IMG/VR virus record: IMGVR_UViG_3300032104_000068
Reading direction: 5' to 3' (one strand)
Length of the DNA stretch: 34,096 bases
Origin: a virus
Within the stretch, counting starts at the first letter, position 1; each line of letters opens with the position of its first letter. The notes under the pieces are model-generated. The model had not been told where the DNA came from, made no database searches, and worked only from the letters and a program-made list of their open reading frames with translations. Both the position numbers and the translations under genes were made by a program. This document shows, piece after piece, positions 29,909 through 34,096 of the stretch.

Positions 29909-30183
29909 GGCCTTTCCTTTGTTATTACTCTCATCATCTTCATAATTTATATTTAAAGGGTTGATGATGTTGGTGCTGTGGATAACTAATGTCGCAGTAC
30001 GGCCAGCTACAACATTTTGCGTCCAAACTTTAAACGCACCACTATATTTAGGTGTTTCAAACCAAACACGCCAGGTTGATAACTCTGTGAATTGTTTGTG
30101 ATTAACCGGGATAATTTTTTAAAAATCAATTTATCCACAGCCAATACACAGGTTTTCCACAGGGTTATGCTCATGGTCTTTCC
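29909..30183 (-). repeat. copy A of the ~270-bp module: DnaA-box cluster plus AT-rich tract (paralog of 5863..6144)
   Basis: TTATCCACA is at 30131-30139 (+) and 29977-29985 (-). TTTTCCACA is at 30153-30161 (+). CACAG cores sit at 30136, 30147 and 30158, an 11-bp phasing. An AT-rich tract spans about 29925-29960. Only a 55-codon ORF (30007..30174) is present. Confidence 0.8.
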
Positions 30184-30200
30184 TTATCTTGATTTGCAAA

Positions 30201-30218
30201 ATGTTTCACGTGAAACAT
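30201..30218. other. 18-bp perfect palindrome atgtttcacgtgaaacat
   Basis: Read directly from the sequence. It lies 39 nt downstream of the portal-MuF stop. On the minus strand it is followed by TTTG. Confidence 0.9.
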
Positions 30219-30256
30219 CCCGCCTTTCTTTAATGTTTTCAATGTCTTATCCTTTA

Positions 30257-32278
30257 TCAGCCCTGCACAATCGCCAGCACATCAGCGTGCATGGCCCGGA
30301 AGGACCGCCTGAAGGCGCGGCGCAACTGGCGTTCAAACTGTTGCCGCCTGTTTTCAAACACCCGCCACACTTCAGCACGCTTTTCTTCTGTATCCAGACG
30401 GGCAAGATTGGCCGGGACCACAGGGACCACGCCGCACTGGCAGTTAATGTCCTCCCCGGGCACCCCGAATTGTCCCGGCCCTGGGGCGCTGGCCCCCCCG
30501 GCACTGACAAAATTGTTTTCAACCGGAATGGTCACGCCGGATAATGCAACATGCGTGTCCCGCACCGGCGACCCGCCGACCGTAATCAGCCACATTTTCT
30601 TTTTCACCCCGGCCTTGACCATCCCTTCCTGCACCCCAAAGCTGGACGCTCTGACGGTTTCGGTCCGGGCGATGGTGCCCGCCCGTGAAATGCTGGCGTC
30701 AAAGACCTGTGTGACCCGTGTTGAAAGCGCCGGAAGACTGTCCCCCGCCGCCAGTCCTTCAGCCAGGGTGCGCCGCAAACCTTCCTTGATGGTGCCGTTG
30801 ACGCCGACCACACGGGTGCTGGAATAGTCCCGCAAGAACCGCACCACAGCCGGGTCATTCAAATCAAAAACAATATCCAGGTTCAAGGACCGGAACAGGT
30901 CATCCCCGAACGCGGCCACGGTATCGGATACAATCCCGACCGTTGCCGGGCCTGGGCTGTTAGCGTCAATCGCGGCAAGAATATCATCAATGTCATCGGG
31001 TGCCTTGGTGATTTCCTTGAACGTGCCATCTATCAGCACCGGGCCATTTTTGCTTTCCCTGAAAAATAACTGTGGCGCACGCAATCCAGCAAGTTCTTCC
31101 AGCCCAGGGGTTGCCGGATTGCCTGTGATGTTCAGATTGAACGGCACCGGGAACACGTTCAGCCCCTCAAGCACTTCCTCACCGGCGGCCTTGCGGACCT
31201 CATTCAGCCTGAAGGCTTCTGGCCGTGATTTCATCAACTCAATTTTGGTCTTCATGTCTTCCTTGACCGGGCTGATGAACCCCAATTTGGCGCGTGGGTC
31301 CTGCTCGTGCAATTCACGTTCAAAGACCGCACGCATTACAATCAGTTTGGGCAGGACCACATGCTTGGATAAAAAGAACTCGGCGGCTTCGATCGTGGCC
31401 CGGTTGCTGTTCTCAAGGATGCCCAGGGCTTCGGGCGGGAAGCCATAGACCTGAAGCACCGCGTCCCGTGACATCCCCCTGATGTCCTTCATCGCCATCT
31501 TGCGGAAGTCCTTGGCAAATTCCTTCACGTCAATCTTGCCGCCAGTGACAAAGAACGGCACCGATGCCCGCGCCACGCCATGCAGTTTTTGAAGCCATTT
31601 TTTCTCAAGCCGTTCAGCCTGGTCCTTGCCAAACCCGCTTTCACTGTCCGCCGCTGAAATCAGCAAATCAGGCCGGGCGCTGTTGCGGAAAAAGTTCTTG
31701 ATATAGCGTGTGGCATAGCTATCAGTTTCAAGGTCATCCGCCAGCGCCGCGCCGCGTCCCTTGCCTGGGCCGTAGGGATTGGCCGGGTCTGGATTGACAA
31801 CCGCAATGATGTCTTCAGGCTCAAAGCTGAACATGGTGGCCCCGATACGGACCTGCCAGGTGCCCTTGCCAAGTATCGGCCGCTTCAGGATTTCGTGGGT
31901 CGGAATAGGCCAGAAGGAAATTGTGTCGCCCCGGAAATTGCGTTCCTTCAGGAAATGAAATTCATCCAAAATACAAAAATATTTCCACGCCAGCAACCAG
32001 TTTTGAAGGCCAGGAAAAACTTCATTGCCGTTATTCATGGCATTGGCAAAGGGATGGTCCTCAATTTCCTCACCATCGACTGTCACTAACCAGGGAACCG
32101 CCGCACCGATTTCAGCGGTCTTGTTGACCACGGCGTTGAGCCATTTGTATCGGTGATAACCCAGGACAAGTTGACGTTGGGTGAAAATTGTCGGGGTGGT
32201 GTTATCGCCGACTGGCGAAAAAAAGAAGTTGCCTTGCGCTTCACTCCCAAAAAGTCCGCCGAATATTTTTTTCAACAT
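30257..32278 (-). CDS. portal protein fused to a MuF / SPP1-gp7-like minor head protein domain (673 aa)
   Basis: ATG 32278 overlaps the terL TGA, and the ORF-track TTG at 32293 is an alternative start. The first ~400 aa are portal-like. The C-terminal ARTETVRASSFG...W..T.....VRDTH..L.G......F......PG....INCQC is the Phage_Mu_F signature. Confidence 0.85.
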   Translation of the reverse strand: MLKKIFGGLFGSEAQGNFFFSPVGDNTTPTIFTQRQLVLGYHRYKWLNAVVNKTAEIGAAVPWLVTVDGEEIEDHPFANAMNNGNEVFPGLQNWLLAWKYFCILDEFHFLKERNFRGDTISFWPIPTHEILKRPILGKGTWQVRIGATMFSFEPEDIIAVVNPDPANPYGPGKGRGAALADDLETDSYATRYIKNFFRNSARPDLLISAADSESGFGKDQAERLEKKWLQKLHGVARASVPFFVTGGKIDVKEFAKDFRKMAMKDIRGMSRDAVLQVYGFPPEALGILENSNRATIEAAEFFLSKHVVLPKLIVMRAVFERELHEQDPRAKLGFISPVKEDMKTKIELMKSRPEAFRLNEVRKAAGEEVLEGLNVFPVPFNLNITGNPATPGLEELAGLRAPQLFFRESKNGPVLIDGTFKEITKAPDDIDDILAAIDANSPGPATVGIVSDTVAAFGDDLFRSLNLDIVFDLNDPAVVRFLRDYSSTRVVGVNGTIKEGLRRTLAEGLAAGDSLPALSTRVTQVFDASISRAGTIARTETVRASSFGVQEGMVKAGVKKKMWLITVGGSPVRDTHVALSGVTIPVENNFVSAGGASAPGPGQFGVPGEDINCQCGVVPVVPANLARLDTEEKRAEVWRVFENRRQQFERQLRRAFRRSFRAMHADVLAIVQG

Positions 32279-33549
32279 CAGATTAAATCCCAATCGCCTT
32301 GTTTGCCACTAAGGACCAATTCAGTGATTGCCCACACCAGCGCATCCATTCTGTCCGGGCTTTTTTTCGTGACCCCAGGGACATATGAAATAAGCTGGTC
32401 TTCAAGCCCTGACAAGGTGCCGATATGGTGGACCCTGCCCAATTCATACAAGGCGGCGACTGGTTCAGCGCGGGTCATTTTCCCTTTTGTGGCATGAACG
32501 GATTTATAACTAACATTATTTTGAATGTTCCGCAAATTGGTTTCCACCAGGTCGCCCCCCTGGTTGACCTCAGCCACCACCCGGTCAGCCAGAAAAATAT
32601 TGTAGGCCCTAAGCACCTTATTGCCCCATGTCAAGGGTGAACCCTGCAAGGAACAATCCTGCAAAATGAACGCATGGCGTCCGGTGCCCTGGCCATGTGC
32701 CCCGGCCACAATGATGCCGCACTCGTCAGCATCCGGGCCGGACGTGACCGGCGGGTCAACCGCCACAACAATCCGGTCCATTTCCTTGGGCGGGTTCAGC
32801 ATCCGGGCCTTGTCAATATCCTCCCAGGTCCACAATGCACCTTCAACAATCCGCTGGAACTCACCGGCAAAGAACCGGGCGCGGGCGGCACGCGGCAGGC
32901 TTTTTAGAATTTCAATAAATTCGGGGGTCAGGTTTGCCAGATTATCAGGCGGGTTAATCTGCATTTTCCCATATAGATGCGGGTTCCTTAAGGGTTCTTT
33001 TGTCCCTGGTAAAAGGCCCTCAAAGAAAATTGAATAAATCCAGTGTTTAATTGACGGCGGATTGCAGTCAAACAGCATTTTCAAATCCAAGCCAACATTT
33101 TCCGCCAGCCTGGTCATAACAATTTCAGCCGCCATCCAGGTGATTTCGGAAACCTCGTTCAGAAAAATCGTGCTGTATTCATTGCCCAATATTTTTTCAA
33201 CCCGCTCTTTATCGTCCAGGCCCATGAACCAAATTTGCGACCCGTTGGACAGTTCGGCAAACCAGTCCGTCTTATTGACGTGATAGGGCACGCCAGGAAA
33301 GCACAGCGTCATCACTTTGGGAAAGGTATCATAAACGATTGATTGCTTGATATGGTTGAAATGATGCCGTGCCACCAGGTGCCGGGACTTGACGGCGGCG
33401 GCGCGGATTACAATGTCCCGCAAATGAAGGAAAGTTTTACCGGACCGTGACCCGCCGTAAAGCAGGATGAACATATACCTGGCAATCAAGCGGGTGGCAT
33501 CAGTCTGCTTTATAGTTTTTTGAAATCGTGGCGGCATCATCGGCATCAA
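32278..33549 (-). CDS. terL: terminase large subunit (423 aa)
   Basis: It has Walker A YGGSRSGKT, an ATPase block IFLNEVSE, and a C-terminal nuclease-like region VAVDPP...ECGIIVAG...AEVNQGGD. It lies between terS and the portal gene. Confidence 0.9.
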   Translation of the reverse strand: MMPMMPPRFQKTIKQTDATRLIARYMFILLYGGSRSGKTFLHLRDIVIRAAAVKSRHLVARHHFNHIKQSIVYDTFPKVMTLCFPGVPYHVNKTDWFAELSNGSQIWFMGLDDKERVEKILGNEYSTIFLNEVSEITWMAAEIVMTRLAENVGLDLKMLFDCNPPSIKHWIYSIFFEGLLPGTKEPLRNPHLYGKMQINPPDNLANLTPEFIEILKSLPRAARARFFAGEFQRIVEGALWTWEDIDKARMLNPPKEMDRIVVAVDPPVTSGPDADECGIIVAGAHGQGTGRHAFILQDCSLQGSPLTWGNKVLRAYNIFLADRVVAEVNQGGDLVETNLRNIQNNVSYKSVHATKGKMTRAEPVAALYELGRVHHIGTLSGLEDQLISYVPGVTKKSPDRMDALVWAITELVLSGKQGDWDLI

Positions 33550-34096
33550 TCACCATTTTGATTTCCAGTTGACCATCCAAATCAATTTTGTCGCCAAAAA
33601 TTTTGGGCAGGATTTTGGATGTCAACCATTTCCGGGCATCAATTCGCAACCTGGACCGCTGGACACGCTCTTGGTCAAACCGGATTATTGTTTTGCCGCT
33701 GGCGGTTTTAAAAATAGCATAATCCTGCCGCCCGTCATCGGCAATTTCATTAATTTCATCAGCCATCGCATGTGCCCCCAACTCGCGCGCGTGTGCGTAT
33801 CGGACGTAAAAGCCCTTTGGCCGGTCATCAATATACCATCCCCTGATTGTTGTTGCAGGTGGAAGTTTCGTGTCATCCCGGCAAATAGTTTTAAGCCCGT
33901 GACCATCAGCAAGGCGGGCCAGTATCTTCCGTGCAATCGCCGGGGTGTACTTGGTCGGGCGTCCTTTGGATTTGGGCTTGGGGCGTCCTTTGGATTTGGG
34001 CTTGGGGCGTCCTTTGGATTTGGGCTTGGGGCGTCCTTTGAATTTGGGCTTGGGGCGTCCTTTGAATTTGGGCTTGGGGCGTCCTTTGAATTTGGG
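33500..34096 (-). CDS. terS: terminase small subunit, 3' portion (5' end at 91..1 after the wrap)
   Basis: ...KSKGRPTKYTPAIARKILARLADGHGLKTICRDDTKLPPATTIRGW...YAHARELGAHAMADEI...RLRIDARKWLTSKILPKIFGDK is a classical small-terminase pattern. The frame is open to the window end. Confidence 0.85.
   Translation of the reverse strand, partial: PKFKGRPKPKFKGRPKPKFKGRPKPKSKGRPKPKSKGRPKPKSKGRPTKYTPAIARKILARLADGHGLKTICRDDTKLPPATTIRGWYIDDRPKGFYVRYAHARELGAHAMADEINEIADDGRQDYAIFKTASGKTIIRFDQERVQRSRLRIDARKWLTSKILPKIFGDKIDLDGQLEIKMVIDADDAATISKNYKAD
33957..34096. repeat. 24-bp tandem repeat, 6 copies (3 'ggattt' type then 3 'gaattt' type)
   Basis: The gggcgtcc core recurs at 33957, 33981, 34005, 34029, 34053 and 34077. 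On the minus strand it encodes KPKSKGRP and KPKFKGRP. Confidence 0.95.

Noticed and set aside
30007-30174. The 55-codon ORF MSITLWKTCVLAVDKL... in module A superficially resembles the DnaA N-terminus (E. coli MSLSLWQQCLARLQDEL).
   Set aside because: The similarity covers only about 16 residues, and the L-W and V-D-K codons are themselves the DnaA-box sequences (ctgtggaaa, gtggataaa). The ORF stops after 55 codons. The paralogous copy B has stops in this frame. I treat the resemblance as a by-product of the DNA motifs unless a profile search says otherwise.
29909-30183. Group I intron or intein explanation for the two ~270-bp modules, suggested by the in-frame VxH(S/R)TN...LNIN read-through into the downstream genes.
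   Set aside because: No split host gene flanks either copy: the portal gene ends with its own stop 83 nt upstream of module A's ATG (30174), and the downstream genes have their own strong RBS and ATG. There is no intein N-terminal Cys/Ser block or HN-C/S/T junction. I could not see group I core pairings.
33957-34096. The terminal 24-bp repeats as a CRISPR array or as genuine direct terminal repeats of the virion DNA.
   Set aside because: The repeats are contiguous with no spacers and are in-frame coding sequence of terS. The identity of 1-52 and 34045-34096 is best explained by circular assembly breaking inside a tandem repeat. It gives no information on physical genome ends.
1-34096. Searched by eye for tRNA genes (T-loop GGTTCGAAT-like motifs), an integrase, attP-like sites, a reverse transcriptase or DGR repeats near the fibre genes, and toxin-antitoxin pairs.
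   Set aside because: No convincing instance was found. Absence is by visual inspection only and should be confirmed with tRNAscan-SE, Infernal and HMM searches.

Overview
The window appears to be one complete, circularly closed tailed-phage genome of about 34.0 kb. It is siphovirus-type, with an HK97-fold head module and a tail module resembling RcGTA and alphaproteobacterial siphophages.

Circularity: positions 1-52 are identical to 34045-34096. The small-terminase frame closes only if that overlap (or a 28- or 4-nt one) is collapsed. The contig is therefore cut inside terS, within a 24-bp tandem repeat.

Organisation: nearly all genes lie on the minus strand in one long series.
- Early-left genes run 6704->100.
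- After the wrap come terS, terL, a portal-MuF fusion, prohead protease, major capsid, connectors, tail tube, chaperones, tape measure, tail tip and fibre genes, then a lysis cassette ending at 11285.
- These genes share a uniform GAAAGGAA-type RBS and many ATGA/TGATG stop-start overlaps.
- A short plus-strand arm (6759-10983) carries a RecE-like exonuclease, a Redbeta/RecT-like annealing protein and small proteins.

Not seen: integrase, tRNA, CRISPR array, or any recognisable replication initiator, helicase, primase or polymerase.

Most unusual signals:
1. Two diverged copies of a ~270-bp module (29909-30183 and 5863-6144) carry phased DnaA-box-like motifs beside an AT-rich tract. Their conservation is at nucleotide level, not protein level.
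2. Three phased 45-bp dyad-containing direct repeats lie upstream of the packaging genes (547-762).
3. A tandem 24-bp repeat encodes an AT-hook-like KPK[F/S]KGRP array at the TerS N-terminus.
4. A nested 48-bp dyad sits at the divergent early control region.
5. A low-GC LamG-type gene and small membrane-protein ORFs are embedded in the tail module.

Limits: all family assignments come from motif recognition by eye. No database search or HMM was run, and start codons were chosen from RBS and overlap context.
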